Below are positions 9,908 to 20,002 of a DNA stretch of 64,000 nt, one piece after another. Position numbers and translations under genes: made by a program. The notes beneath the pieces are model-generated. The model worked only from the letters and a program-made list of their open reading frames with translations. It did no database searches and was not told the DNA's origin. Source of the stretch: Candidatus Nanopelagicales bacterium (lineage in GTDB: Bacteria; Actinomycetota; Actinomycetes; S36-B12; GCA-2699445); assembly GCA_037045355.1 (NCBI GenBank), contig JBAOHO010000008.1:105331-169330 (forward strand), read 5' to 3'. The stretch's first letter is position 1; every line of letters starts with the position of its first letter.

Positions 9908-10842
9908 CCATCGACCCCGATCGCCCGGTAGCGAGGGTCGACGGTGAGGTCACGCCAGATCGGGACCACCCCGATGTAGGTCAGCGCCGTAACCGCCAGG
10001 GTGATCGGCATGGTCAACGCATAGCCGACCAACAACCATGTCGACGAGTCCCCGTCCGGAGTCGCCACAAGGCCGACGGCGATCACGGACAACGGCAGCA
10101 GCACGGCGGACACCACGATCTGACCCAGGACCGAGGCGACAATGGCCCACAAGAGGTAGCGCCCGAGAACGGCCCAGAACCGCCCTCGCGTCGCCGTCCA
10201 GGTCCAGCGCAGCGCCCCGGGGCCGATCACGACCTGAGCCCCGATCGGGCTGAGCCGCCCGATCAACCACAGGCCGACCGCCACAGCTGCGACGACGCTC
10301 GTGAGAGCGAGAAGGACGGCCAGACCAGGGGCGGACCATAGCGCCGCGATCGCGGCTATGAGCCCGACTGCGAGCAGCGCGACGATCGCCGCCACAGCCA
10401 CGACGTAGCCCACAAGACGCAAGCCGCCTGCAATCGCGGCGGACCACGCATCTGCCAAGCGCACGGATCGCTCTGCCGCCGCATCCATCGCCAGTCGGCT
10501 CACGGCGGCGATGTGGCCGCAGGACACCAGAACCGTCATCAGGGCGAGCAACACTGCGATGCCGATCCACGCTCCGGGTGACTGCACACGCAGGAGATGC
10601 GCCAGCGCCTGTTCGGCCTGTTCCGCCTGATTCTGGGCACGGCCGGGGTCGGGGTAGCCGTACGGGTTGGGAGTCAGCGCGACCAGCCGGGCGAGTGCCG
10701 TGAGATCGACGGTGAGCGTCGTGAGGATCGCCAGCACGGCGACCCAGGCACCCCACAGCACGAGCCCGACCGAGAGGATCTGCCACCACGCCCGAGTCAG
10801 GATCCGGCCAACGTCACCGAATAGGGCTGAGACCCGCCTCAT
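9895..10842 (-). CDS. polytopic membrane protein (resembles the GPDPase-type membrane domain usually fused to DUF2510)
   Basis: From the ATG at 10842 (MRRVSALFGDVGRILTRAWWQILSVGLVLWG...) with about 6-7 TM helices. Its 5' end overlaps the DUF2510 ORF, which is in another frame. Confidence 0.6.
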   Translation of the reverse strand: MRRVSALFGDVGRILTRAWWQILSVGLVLWGAWVAVLAILTTLTVDLTALARLVALTPNPYGYPDPGRAQNQAEQAEQALAHLLRVQSPGAWIGIAVLLALMTVLVSCGHIAAVSRLAMDAAAERSVRLADAWSAAIAGGLRLVGYVVAVAAIVALLAVGLIAAIAALWSAPGLAVLLALTSVVAAVAVGLWLIGRLSPIGAQVVIGPGALRWTWTATRGRFWAVLGRYLLWAIVASVLGQIVVSAVLLPLSVIAVGLVATPDGDSSTWLLVGYALTMPITLAVTALTYIGVVPIWRDLTVDPRYRAIGVDGQPL

Positions 10843-11068
10843 ACCTGCTGCCGGTGAGGGCTGACGTGTTCGGGCTGTAGGCGCCATGCCGCTGCTCGAC
10901 CCACTCCGTGGTGGCGGCGGGGGCCGCCGACGCGTCCGGGGTCGTTGCCCCCCAACGCGAGGCTCCCCAATCCGATACCGCGTCTGGGGTCCAGGCGGAA
11001 CCGTCCCAGTACCGCCGGCCCGCGGGATCGCTCGGATCGGGGTACCAGCCCGGCGTGGGATCACTCAC
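10814..11068 (-). CDS. DUF2510-motif ORF (possible detached N-terminus of the downstream membrane protein)
   Basis: Starts at a GTG (11068-11066) and reads SDPTPGWYPDPSDPAGRRYWDGSAWT, the hallmark GWYPDP...RYWDG..WT motif. It ends 28 nt inside the next ORF. Confidence 0.5.
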   Translation of the reverse strand: MSDPTPGWYPDPSDPAGRRYWDGSAWTPDAVSDWGASRWGATTPDASAAPAATTEWVEQRHGAYSPNTSALTGSRYEAGLSPIR

Positions 11069-11298
11069 AGATTCAGGCTACGGGCAGCCCCGACGGGCGG
11101 ATTCGCTCCGCTGGCCGCACCATCGGTACATGACCGACGAGAGACCACGAACCAGCCAGCGACCCCCCACCACCGCCCCCGACTGCGGAGCACCCTCGGC
11201 CCGCGAACCCCCGGCCCACGAAGCATCCCCGGACCGATCGACACCATACGACGAAGTGGACCGACGCCGACCTGCCGGACCTCTCCGAGCGAACCTTC

Positions 11299-12198
11299 GT
11301 GGTCACCGGCGCGACCAGCGGTCTCGGACTCGAAACCGCGGTGGCCCTTTGCGCGCATGGCGCGACTGTCGTGCTCGCCGGGCGCGATCCCGGTCGCCTG
11401 CGGTCTGCCGTGACCAAGGCCGGAGCGGTCGCCACCGGCCCTGAACCCTCCGGCCAACTGCTCGACCTCGCGGACCTCGGGTCGGTGCGGTCGGCGGCAG
11501 AGGAGCTCGCCGAACAGCATCCGGTCATCAATGTCCTGATCAACAACGCGGGTATCATGGCCACCCCGCGCCGCCAAACGGCTGACGGATTCGAACTCCA
11601 GGTCGGCACCAACCATTTGGGACACTTCGCGCTCACGGGCCTCCTTCTCCCGGCGCTCCTGGCCGCCGACGCCGGACCGCAGGCAGCGCGCGTCGTCACC
11701 GTGTCCAGCGGCGCTCATCGCATGGGCTCGGTGGATCCTGACGACCTCTTCTTCGAACGCCGGACCTACCGCCCGTGGCAGGCGTACGGCCAGAGCAAGT
11801 TGGCCAACCTGCTGTTCACGTCAGAGCTGGCCCGGCAAGCCGAACTGGCGGACGTGCCCGTCATCGCGGCCGCCGCCCACCCGGGATACGCGGGAACCAA
11901 CCTGCAATTCGCCGGACCGTCCTTCGCGCAGAACAGCATCGGACGCCTCTGGATGAAGGGAATGAACTCCGTGTTGGGTCAATCGGCGCTGGCCGGCGCC
12001 TGGCCCACTCTGTACGCGGCCACCCGGCCCGACGTCCACAGTGGTGACTACATCGGTCCCGACGGTTGGTTGGAGCAGCGTGGGCACCCGCGGCACGTGG
12101 GTCGCAGCGCTGCCGCCAAGGATATGGCTGTCGCGGCTCGGCTTTGGGAGCGCAGCGAGGAACTGACGGGCGTGACGTACGAATGGCCCGCTGACTGA
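11299..12198 (+). CDS. short-chain dehydrogenase/reductase (retinol-dehydrogenase-like SDR)
   Basis: Contains VVTGATSGLGLETA (TGxxxGxG), NNAG, and YGQSK (YxxxK). The in-frame conserved-looking N-terminus TKWTDADLPDLSERTF extends upstream to about 11251 with no ATG, GTG or TTG. Confidence 0.8.
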   Translation: MVTGATSGLGLETAVALCAHGATVVLAGRDPGRLRSAVTKAGAVATGPEPSGQLLDLADLGSVRSAAEELAEQHPVINVLINNAGIMATPRRQTADGFELQVGTNHLGHFALTGLLLPALLAADAGPQAARVVTVSSGAHRMGSVDPDDLFFERRTYRPWQAYGQSKLANLLFTSELARQAELADVPVIAAAAHPGYAGTNLQFAGPSFAQNSIGRLWMKGMNSVLGQSALAGAWPTLYAATRPDVHSGDYIGPDGWLEQRGHPRHVGRSAAAKDMAVAARLWERSEELTGVTYEWPAD

Positions 12199-12256
12199 TC
12201 ATTGACTCGACTGACGGGACGCGGACCGGCAGCGGATGGGCAGCAGGGGTCCGGTG

Positions 12257-12469
12257 TCAGCAGTAGGGGCAGTGGCGGCAGCCGTTGCCACAACAGCGGC
12301 CCCGCTCCGCGTGCGTGAGGGCAGTGATCACGAACAGCCCGGTCTGCGGATCGAGGTACCCCGGATGCCCGGCCGCCATCGCCTCCTCATGGCGCCGCAG
12401 GATCTCGCTGCGCATGGGGTGCTCCGTCGGCAGGCGATCGGGGTGTGGCTGCGTCAATGGACGGGTCAT
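12257..12469 (-). CDS. DUF5522-like small Cys-rich protein
   Basis: 70 aa ending in ERGRCCGNGCRHCPYC. Its start overlaps the upstream ADH stop (ATGA). Confidence 0.6.
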   Translation of the reverse strand: MTRPLTQPHPDRLPTEHPMRSEILRRHEEAMAAGHPGYLDPQTGLFVITALTHAERGRCCGNGCRHCPYC

Positions 12470-13485
12470 CTGCCCCCCGGACTCCCCTCCGGAATCAGGA
12501 CGAGGCTTCCCGTCACATCGCCGGCACTCACGCGATCCAGCGCCGACGCGGCGGCCGTCAGCGGCAAGGTCTCATACGCGGTGCGGACATCGGCGGGCCC
12601 GACCAGCTCCAGGAAATCGCGCACATCTGCTCGGGTGACGTTGGCGACGGACCGCAGCGATCGTTCCCACCACAGATCGTCATAGTCGAACTGAGGGATG
12701 CGGTCGAGGTGGATGGCGTTGATGGCAACAGTCCCACCCCGGCGAACCGATCGCAGCGCTGCCACGACGACGTCCCCCGAGGGCGCGAACGTCACTGCGG
12801 CGTCGAGTTCGTGCGGCACCGTCTCGTCGTAGGTACCGGCCCATTCGGCACCCAACGACATCGCCCGATCTACCTCAGCCGCCGAACGGGTGATCACCGA
12901 ACAGCGGACTCCCCAGTGGTTCGCGACCTGGATGGCCAGGGATGCCGAGGCCCCGAAGCCGAACAGGCCCAGGCGCTGTGTCTGACCCTCAGGGGCCGGG
13001 CCGGTGATCCCCGCGATGTGCAACGACCGGAACCCGATGACGCCGCCGCACAGCAAGGGGGCGACATCGGCGTCGCTGCGCTCGTCCAGGGAGTGCGGTA
13101 TCGGGTGGATGAAGCCCGGATCGGCGCGCACCAACTGCGCATACCCACCGTCCACATCCCATCCGGTGAACTGTGCGTGTTCGCACAAGTTCTCCCGCCC
13201 CGTGCGACAGAAGTCACACACACCACAGGCGTATGCCAGCCACACCAGACCCACCCGACGCCCGGCATCCGGACCTTCCGCTATGCGGCCGACGACCTGG
13301 TGGCCCGGGATCACAGGCATCCGGTGGGCGGGCAGATCTCCGGTGACGAGTTGTAGATCGGTGCGGCACACCGCCGTCGCCGTGACCTGGATCAAAGTGC
13401 CGGGGCCGACGGGGTCCGCAACCTCACCCACGGACATGGCTCGGGCCGGGTCGGGATCGGGGGTGTTCAGTCGGGCAGCCAGCAC
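12466..13485 (-). CDS. zinc-dependent alcohol dehydrogenase (MDR family)
   Basis: Contains CRTDLQLVTGD...PGHQVVG and a CGVCDFCRTGRENLC structural-Zn motif. The GTG at 13485 gives a typical ~340-aa length, whereas the longest ORF (to 13644) adds an atypical extension. Confidence 0.8.
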   Translation of the reverse strand: MLAARLNTPDPDPARAMSVGEVADPVGPGTLIQVTATAVCRTDLQLVTGDLPAHRMPVIPGHQVVGRIAEGPDAGRRVGLVWLAYACGVCDFCRTGRENLCEHAQFTGWDVDGGYAQLVRADPGFIHPIPHSLDERSDADVAPLLCGGVIGFRSLHIAGITGPAPEGQTQRLGLFGFGASASLAIQVANHWGVRCSVITRSAAEVDRAMSLGAEWAGTYDETVPHELDAAVTFAPSGDVVVAALRSVRRGGTVAINAIHLDRIPQFDYDDLWWERSLRSVANVTRADVRDFLELVGPADVRTAYETLPLTAAASALDRVSAGDVTGSLVLIPEGSPGGR

Positions 13486-13746
13486 GAGCCCATGATCACA
13501 TTCCCAGCCCCAGCTTGCTGATCGGAGATCACGATCCGCGCACCGGTGCCGCGGGCGGTGGTTTGGCCCCTGGGAGAGCGGGGAAGGGTCGCCGGGGCTT
13601 TGCTGCGCCCGGTCGACGCCAGGCTGGTGGGCGGTGGGACTCAAGGAGTCCGGCCACGTGCTCCACAGGACCCGGTGTCCGCCCGAGGGCCGGTAAGCAA
13701 GGCCGGTAACTCAAGAACCGGTTATCGGTAAAGGAGAGAGGTATTC

Positions 13747-14424
13747 GTGACGACCGCTGGGACGTCAACTCGTGCTGCCCGCTACCCGCTCATCGTCGTG
13801 GACTGGGCGCAGGATCGCGCCTCCTTCGACTGGATCCGAACCGCGGGACCCGGTGATGTTGCACACCTCAGGCTCACACCGACGTGCCAGACCTGGGACG
13901 GCAGCGGGCGCCCGGTGATCGTTCAGGGTTCATCGGTGACCGTCACCTCCGACGCCGTCGATCCGGCTGTGCGCAACATCGTGACCGAGTGGAGATCGCG
14001 CGCCCCCGTCGGCGTCATGCCCGCCTCGATGTCCGGCGACACTGCCATCCCATTCCTCGTCGACGATGTCGCCGCGGCCCGGGATCGGCTCGCCTCCGGC
14101 GGGACCACCGGGCGCCACCCGGCCGCAAGGCGTTGGCTGCCCATCTTGTTGATGGCAGTCGCCGCCGTCTCCTTGATCCCGCTACTCCAGGTCGACCTGC
14201 TCACCGGATCGATCTCCTTCGTGCTCTACGTCGTCGCCTCGTGGGGCATGGACCGCTGGACTGCCCCGGCGCGCCACTGGGGCGGTCGAACCGATCCCCA
14301 CGACACGATCAGTCGCATCGCAGTGGCGACCCGGATCGGGTTCTGGGCCGTTGCGGCGGCGGCCCTCACACTGGTGATTCTCGACTGGGCCGAAGTCATC
14401 CCCCGGTTGTTCCGTTGGGTCTGA
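13747..14424 (+). CDS. hypothetical membrane protein
   Basis: 225-aa ORF with a GTG start behind a strong Shine-Dalgarno (AAAGGAGAGAGG). It has a soluble N-terminal half and 3-4 C-terminal TM helices. No family recognised. Confidence 0.5.
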   Translation: MTTAGTSTRAARYPLIVVDWAQDRASFDWIRTAGPGDVAHLRLTPTCQTWDGSGRPVIVQGSSVTVTSDAVDPAVRNIVTEWRSRAPVGVMPASMSGDTAIPFLVDDVAAARDRLASGGTTGRHPAARRWLPILLMAVAAVSLIPLLQVDLLTGSISFVLYVVASWGMDRWTAPARHWGGRTDPHDTISRIAVATRIGFWAVAAAALTLVILDWAEVIPRLFRWV

Positions 14425-14569
14425 AAGCCGCTCCGCGCAGCGCGAACACGGTCGGCGGGGGCCGGTGGGCCGGTGTACCTTGGCACTGCGGTGCCCGGTC
14501 TGTCGCCGGGTCACTGATCCGTGGGCAGCGTGCCCACGCGACCGGACACCGGAGGCCCGACCCGCCCCC

Positions 14570-16648
14570 ATGGACCTGAAACGAATCGCCCGCGGCCCCG
14601 TGCTGTGGATTCTGCTCGCGCTGGTGCTGCTGCTCGTCGCAACGAGCGTCATGTCCGACCTACGCGGACCGACTGAGGTTCCCACGTCGCAGGCTGTGCA
14701 GTCCATCCAGGACAACCAGGTCGCTCAGGCCACACTGATCGACCGGGACCAGCGGTTGAACCTGACCATGGGCGACGGCACCCAGCAGACTTCTCAGTTC
14801 ATCACCGGGCAGGGTGTCGAACTGCAGCAGCTGCTGCAGACCAAGTTCGACGAGGGCCAGTTGAAGGACGGCTACAACGTCGAGGTGCCGCAGGAGAGCC
14901 TGCTCGTCACCTTGCTGGTGTCATTCCTGCCGATTCTGTTGATTCTGTTCCTGCTGTTCTTCTTCCTCAACCAGATGCAGGGCGGCGGCGGGCGCCTCAT
15001 GTCCTTCGGCAAGTCCAAGGCGAAGATCGTCAGTAAGGACATGCCCAAGACCACATTCGCCGATGTGGCCGGAGCTGACGAGGCCGTCGAGGAACTGCAG
15101 GAGATCAAGGAGTTCCTCGAAGATCCCAGCAAGTTCACGGCGGTCGGCGCCAAGATTCCCAAAGGCGTGCTGTTGTACGGCCCCCCCGGAACCGGCAAGA
15201 CCCTGCTGGCCCGCGCGGTCGCCGGGGAGGCCGGCGTGCCGTTCTTCTCCATCTCCGGGTCGGACTTCGTGGAGATGTTCGTCGGCGTCGGCGCTTCCCG
15301 GGTCCGCGATCTGTTCGAGCAGGCCAAGAACAATGCCCCCGCCATCATCTTCGTCGACGAGATCGATGCTGTTGGTCGGCATCGAGGTGCGGGACTCGGC
15401 GGTGGCCATGACGAGCGGGAGCAGACCCTCAACCAGATGCTCGTCGAGATGGACGGCTTCGACGTCACCGGCGGTGTGATCCTCATCGCCGCGACCAACC
15501 GACCCGACATCCTCGACCCCGCCCTGCTGCGCCCGGGCCGGTTCGATCGTCAGATCGCGGTCGAATCCCCGGACCTCAAGGGTCGCGAAGCGATTCTCAA
15601 GGTCCACTCGACCGGCAAACCCCTGGCGCCGGACGTCGACCTCGAGAGCATCGCGAAGCGTTCGCCGGGCTTCACCGGCGCCGATCTAGCCAATGTGCTG
15701 AACGAGGCAGCCCTGCTGACAGCCCGCAACGGCGACAAGCTCATCACCAACAAGGCTCTCGACGAGGCTATCGATCGGGTGATCGCCGGTCCCCAGAAGC
15801 GCACCAGGGTCATGGACGAACACGAGCGCAAGATCACGGCCTACCACGAAGGAGGCCACGCCATCGTGGCCGCCGCGTTGCCTGGCAATGACCCCGTGCA
15901 CAAGATCACGATCCTGCCGCGCGGACGGGCCTTGGGATACACGATGGTCTTGCCCGATCAGGAGAAGTACTCCCGGACTCGCTCGGAGATGCTCAACCAG
16001 TTGGCCTACATGCTGGGCGGTCGCGCTGCCGAAGAACTCGTGTTCCACGACCCGACCACCGGGGCGGCGAACGACATCGAGAAAGCCACCAGTCTGGCTC
16101 GGGCCATGGTCACCCAGTACGGCATGACCGAGCGGCTCGGTGCGATCAAGTACGGCCAGGAGCAAGGAGAGGTGTTCCTGGGACGCGACATGGGCCATTC
16201 CCGTGACTACTCCGAGGACGTTGCCGGCGCCATCGACGAAGAGGTCCGCACGCTCATCGAGGCCGCGCACCAGGAAGCCTTCGACATCCTGGTCACCAAC
16301 CGGGATGTGCTCGATCATCTGGTCCTGGAGCTGCTCGAAAAGGAGACCCTGAACAAGTCGGAGGTCGAGCAGATCTTCTCCGCACTGGACCTCAACGATG
16401 TCCGGCCCGCCTGGACGGGCTCGGCTCGGCGCGCTCCGTCGGATCGCCCGCCGGTGTTGACCCCCAAGGAGGTCGCCGGCCTCAACGGTCATGGCTCAGC
16501 CAACGGTTCCGGCAACGGCAGCCGGGGTGGCGCCGACGTCGATGTCAGTGATGGTGCGTCCACGGGAGCGGCAACCACATCCGGCACGGCTCCCGGTGAT
16601 TCCGGCCCGTGGGATCCCCCGGCCGGCGAGTCACCGATCGGTCGATGA
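14570..16648 (+). CDS. ftsH: ATP-dependent zinc metalloprotease FtsH
   Basis: Contains [22 protein letters not shown] (Walker A), IIFVDEID (Walker B) and HEGGHA (the HExxH zinc site). The ATG at 14570 precedes the first TM helix. Confidence 0.95.
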   Translation: MDLKRIARGPVLWILLALVLLLVATSVMSDLRGPTEVPTSQAVQSIQDNQVAQATLIDRDQRLNLTMGDGTQQTSQFITGQGVELQQLLQTKFDEGQLKDGYNVEVPQESLLVTLLVSFLPILLILFLLFFFLNQMQGGGGRLMSFGKSKAKIVSKDMPKTTFADVAGADEAVEELQEIKEFLEDPSKFTAVGAKIPKGVLLYGPPGTGKTLLARAVAGEAGVPFFSISGSDFVEMFVGVGASRVRDLFEQAKNNAPAIIFVDEIDAVGRHRGAGLGGGHDEREQTLNQMLVEMDGFDVTGGVILIAATNRPDILDPALLRPGRFDRQIAVESPDLKGREAILKVHSTGKPLAPDVDLESIAKRSPGFTGADLANVLNEAALLTARNGDKLITNKALDEAIDRVIAGPQKRTRVMDEHERKITAYHEGGHAIVAAALPGNDPVHKITILPRGRALGYTMVLPDQEKYSRTRSEMLNQLAYMLGGRAAEELVFHDPTTGAANDIEKATSLARAMVTQYGMTERLGAIKYGQEQGEVFLGRDMGHSRDYSEDVAGAIDEEVRTLIEAAHQEAFDILVTNRDVLDHLVLELLEKETLNKSEVEQIFSALDLNDVRPAWTGSARRAPSDRPPVLTPKEVAGLNGHGSANGSGNGSRGGADVDVSDGASTGAATTSGTAPGDSGPWDPPAGESPIGR

Positions 16649-16724
16649 CCGGTCCCCAAGAGTTCCCGCGACTTGACCAGATCGGCCCGGTGGCGGACTG
16701 GCGTTGTCAGCCTCACACTGAAGC

Positions 16725-17309
16725 GTGACCGAAATGACTGACTCGGATTTCGACCACGTCCGGGCCGAGGCCGCCGTCCGCGAACTACTGATCGCCATCG
16801 GCGAGGATCCGGATCGGGAGGGACTGCGCGAGACACCTGCCCGGGTGGCCCGCAGTTTCCACGAAGTGACCGGGGGCATGCGCCTGGAACCCAAGACGGT
16901 GCTGTCGACGACCTTCGAGGCGGATCACGACGAGATGGTTCTTGTCCGAGATATCGAAGTCTTCTCGCTGTGCGAGCACCACTTGGTTCCGTTCAGCGGA
17001 GTAGCTCATGTCGGCTACATCCCCGCGCAGGACGGCCGAGTGGCGGGACTGTCCAAGCTGGCCCGCCTGGTGGACGTCTACGCCCGGCGACTGCAGGTGC
17101 AGGAGCGGCTCACGACCCAGATCGCCGACGCCTTGGTCTCGGTCCTCGAACCGCGCGGTGTGATCGTCGTGGTCGACTGTGAACACCTGTGCATGGCGAT
17201 GCGCGGAGTGCGCAAGTCGGGTGCCCGAACCCTGACGAGCGCCGTGCGCGGCCAACTGCGGGATTCGGTCAGTCGGGCCGAGGCGATGTCCCTGATCCTC
17301 AAGAACTGA
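16725..17309 (+). CDS. folE: GTP cyclohydrolase I
   Basis: 194 aa with the CEHHLVPF and HLCMAMRGV motifs. Confidence 0.92.
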   Translation: MTEMTDSDFDHVRAEAAVRELLIAIGEDPDREGLRETPARVARSFHEVTGGMRLEPKTVLSTTFEADHDEMVLVRDIEVFSLCEHHLVPFSGVAHVGYIPAQDGRVAGLSKLARLVDVYARRLQVQERLTTQIADALVSVLEPRGVIVVVDCEHLCMAMRGVRKSGARTLTSAVRGQLRDSVSRAEAMSLILKN

Positions 17310-17441
17310 GCGGGATCCTCAAACACCGGGCGGGATCCCCAAACACCGGGCGGGATCCCCAAACACCGAGCGGGATCCCCAAACACCGAGTGGGATCCCC
17401 AACACCGAGTGGGATCCTCACGAACCGAGCGGGATCCTCAG
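17310..17441. repeat. tandem repeat, about 6.5 x 20 nt, each unit centred on a GGGATCC(C) palindrome, filling the folE-folP intercistronic region
   Basis: Units are gcgggatcctcaaacaccgg, gcgggatccccaaacaccgg, gcgggatccccaaacaccga (x2), gtgggatccccaacaccga, gtgggatcctcacgaaccga, then gcgggatcctcag. The array starts at the base after the folE TGA. Confidence 0.9.
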
Positions 17442-17474
17442 TTGCTGCGTTCCGCTGCTCCGTATGCTGGCGGG

Positions 17475-18350
17475 GTGTCAGGTCCCGTCGGTCCCCGTGG
17501 TCTGCCTGCCCCATTGACCGACACAGGCCGCTGTCTGGTCATGGGAATCATCAATGTCACCCCTGATTCCTTCTCCGACGGCAGCCGGTATGCCGACCCG
17601 CCCGCCGCCATCGCTCACGGACAGTCTCTGGTGGCCGCAGGTGCCGACTTGGTCGACGTCGGGGGGGAGTCGACCCGACCCGGGGCCGATCGCATCAGCA
17701 CCGACGACGAACTCGCCCGCGTCCTTCCGGTGATCGAAGGCTTGGCGACCGCAGGGGTGCCGGTGAGCATCGACACGATGCGTGCCGCGACAGCTCTTAA
17801 GGCGGTGGCAGCGGGAGCGGTCATGGTCAACGACGTGTCCGGCGGACGGGCGGATCCCACCATGTACCGTGCCATCGCCGACTTGGGCACGCCGTATGTC
17901 GTGATGCACTGGCGGGCCCACTCGCGCGAGATGAATCGATGGGCCACTTACTCCGACGTTGTCAGCGACGTCCTGGCTGAGTTGGGCAGCGCCGTCGCCG
18001 ATGCGCGCGCGGCGGGCGTCTCGGCCGATCGACTCGTGATCGACCCCGGACTGGGCTTCGCCAAGGAGGCCCGCCACAACTGGGCCCTGCTGGCGGCCAT
18101 GGACCGACTGGTGGCGCTCGGATTCCCGGTACTGGTCGGAGCCAGCCGCAAGCGGTTCCTCGGGGAACTCCTGGCCGACGAGCACGGCCCCCGTTCGTTG
18201 GATGCACGAGAGGCCGCCACCGCAGCCGTATCCGCGCTGGCTGCGGCAGGCGGTGCGTGGTGTGTTCGGGTTCACGACGTGGCGGCGACCCACGACGCCG
18301 TCCGTGTTGTCGCGGCACTCGAGGGCGCTCGATCGGGCGACGCGACCTGA
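17475..18350 (+). CDS. folP: dihydropteroate synthase
   Basis: Contains VMGIINVTPDSFSDGSRY and DVGGESTRPG. The start is uncertain. The GTG at 17475 is the first start beyond the repeat array, while the longest ORF begins at 17409 inside the repeat. Confidence 0.88.
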   Translation: MSGPVGPRGLPAPLTDTGRCLVMGIINVTPDSFSDGSRYADPPAAIAHGQSLVAAGADLVDVGGESTRPGADRISTDDELARVLPVIEGLATAGVPVSIDTMRAATALKAVAAGAVMVNDVSGGRADPTMYRAIADLGTPYVVMHWRAHSREMNRWATYSDVVSDVLAELGSAVADARAAGVSADRLVIDPGLGFAKEARHNWALLAAMDRLVALGFPVLVGASRKRFLGELLADEHGPRSLDAREAATAAVSALAAAGGAWCVRVHDVAATHDAVRVVAALEGARSGDAT

Positions 18351-18439
18351 GGCTGGTTCAGATGGTTGCCAACTCCGACAAGCCCGTGCCCTTCGTTCGA
18401 GTGACCTGAGGTCAGCAGTCGTGGGCCCTGCGGCGGTCG

Positions 18440-20002
18440 TCAGCGGTCGCAGCGCAAGTAGACGTCCCGGGCGTCGTTGGCCGGTTGGTTGGGTCGCGGG
18501 ATCTGGTCGGTGATGACCTTCGACGTACTCCAGACCTCCGGGGGCGGGCTGCGGAATGAGGTCACGTAGCAACTGCCGGCCCAACTGGGAATCCACGTGC
18601 TGACCGAATAGCCCTGTCCCAGCAGAATGGATCGCGCCTCGGTCGCCGTCTTGCCCATGACGTCGGGAACCACCTTGTTCGCCGGACACGGCACTTCCAC
18701 CGGACGCGGCCTTTCCAGCCCGACGTACCGGTAGCAGGTCCGACTCGTGCTGAAAGAGACCGCACTGCCCGGGGCGGCCTGATTCAAGGTGCCATCGGCG
18801 GCGCCGGTCACGAACTTGGATTCGTACAGCCAGGTGTCTCCAGGCCCTCCTCTGAGCGAGGGTTGGACGACCTTCGGGTAGGACTGGCCGGTCGGGAACG
18901 AGAACTTGACCACCTGCTCTGTGCGGCTTTCCCGGAAGGGAAGCTCCGTGGCGATGGCCTTGATGACGGGGGTTCCTCGGATATCGCGATAGGCGGCCGC
19001 GGCAGAGGCGGACAGCGGCGGTGCAGTCACCTCGATCTCGACAGGGTCGGACCACTGTTCCTCCGGCCATACCCCGGCGGACAACTGCACCATGACCGTC
19101 CCTTGACCGACGAGCTGGGTCGTGTTGCTGATCCGCTTGTCGTCGGTGTCGATTGATCCGCCGGCGTCCAGTTGATTGCCGTCCGAGTCCTTGACCCACA
19201 CGTTGATCCAGTTCCCGGGACTGAACCCTTCAGTGTGCCCTTCGATCACGAACGGCTGTCCGGATACGACGCGCTTCGGGAAGGAGTCGATGGTCACCCC
19301 GAAGCGTGGTTCGGCAGTCGCCGCGAGCCCGACGCGGCGGAAGTTGGGCATGATCGTGCCCGGGGCAGGGTTGTCGCTCGTCGGCGTCACCGGCGGGCGG
19401 TTGTCATCCGTGGATGGCGGGGGCTCGGGGACCTCGCCGCTGTCGTCGATGACCAGCGTGAGAGGTCCGGTTCGTTTGGGGTTGGCGGCCCGGTTCGTCG
19501 CCTGCTGCTTGCCCTTGGCGAGTTTCCTCCCCGGGGCAGGGAGCGTTTCGACAGTCCGGGCAATCCGATCGGCATCGAACCGGACGGTGGCGGAGGCCCG
19601 ATCGAATCGGGGTCGGCTCAGCATCAGGGCCATCTGGGTGGGCAGTTCGCCCGGGGTGCGCTGATAGGTCAGCACCGCGGTCGGATGGGCAGAGCCGAAC
19701 CGCTTCTTCCAGTGAGAGACAAAGTGGTCGAGTCGAACGTGGGTCGCGTCGCGGGACGGGCGATGGGCGAACCGCGCGACCCGTTGGTCCACTCCCGTGA
19801 GTCGAAGTCGCAGACGAGAATCGTCATTGCCGGTCAATGACCCGTTGCGGGCGGCCAAGGACCACAAGTAGTCGGGGTTCTCGTCGATACCCACCACCTG
19901 ACCTGAAGCCTGTGGGCCGGGGGTGGCCGCCAGGGCGCCGACCCCGAGCCCAGCAATGAACAGGGCAGCGACCGCGCCCACGGTCACGAACAATCTGCGC
20001 AC
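18440..20002 (-). CDS. secreted multidomain hypothetical protein with PASTA-like C-terminal domain
   Basis: GTG at 20002 preceded by GAGGAG. The signal peptide is RRLFVTVGAVAALFIAGLGVGALAA, followed by a Pro-rich linker. The C-terminus (VVPDVMGKTATEARSILLGQGYSV...KVITDQIPRP) resembles a PASTA repeat. The rest is not recognised. Confidence 0.55.
   Translation of the reverse strand: MRRLFVTVGAVAALFIAGLGVGALAATPGPQASGQVVGIDENPDYLWSLAARNGSLTGNDDSRLRLRLTGVDQRVARFAHRPSRDATHVRLDHFVSHWKKRFGSAHPTAVLTYQRTPGELPTQMALMLSRPRFDRASATVRFDADRIARTVETLPAPGRKLAKGKQQATNRAANPKRTGPLTLVIDDSGEVPEPPPSTDDNRPPVTPTSDNPAPGTIMPNFRRVGLAATAEPRFGVTIDSFPKRVVSGQPFVIEGHTEGFSPGNWINVWVKDSDGNQLDAGGSIDTDDKRISNTTQLVGQGTVMVQLSAGVWPEEQWSDPVEIEVTAPPLSASAAAAYRDIRGTPVIKAIATELPFRESRTEQVVKFSFPTGQSYPKVVQPSLRGGPGDTWLYESKFVTGAADGTLNQAAPGSAVSFSTSRTCYRYVGLERPRPVEVPCPANKVVPDVMGKTATEARSILLGQGYSVSTWIPSWAGSCYVTSFRSPPPEVWSTSKVITDQIPRPNQPANDARDVYLRCDR

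Noticed and set aside
17310-17441. CRISPR array interpretation of the tandem repeats (also 3042-3146, 30180-30230)
   Set aside because: The units are contiguous with no spacers, are only 17-20 nt long, and no cas genes are present.
17409-17474. GTG at 17409 as the folP start (longest ORF)
   Set aside because: It lies inside the 20-nt tandem array and would add a repeat-encoded extension with no similarity to DHPS N-termini. The GTG at 17475 is preferred, though unproven.
17478-19199. 573-aa minus-strand ORF spanning folP and the secreted-protein gene
   Set aside because: It is out of frame with both supported genes, has no recognisable motifs, and has a composition typical of off-frame high-GC translation.
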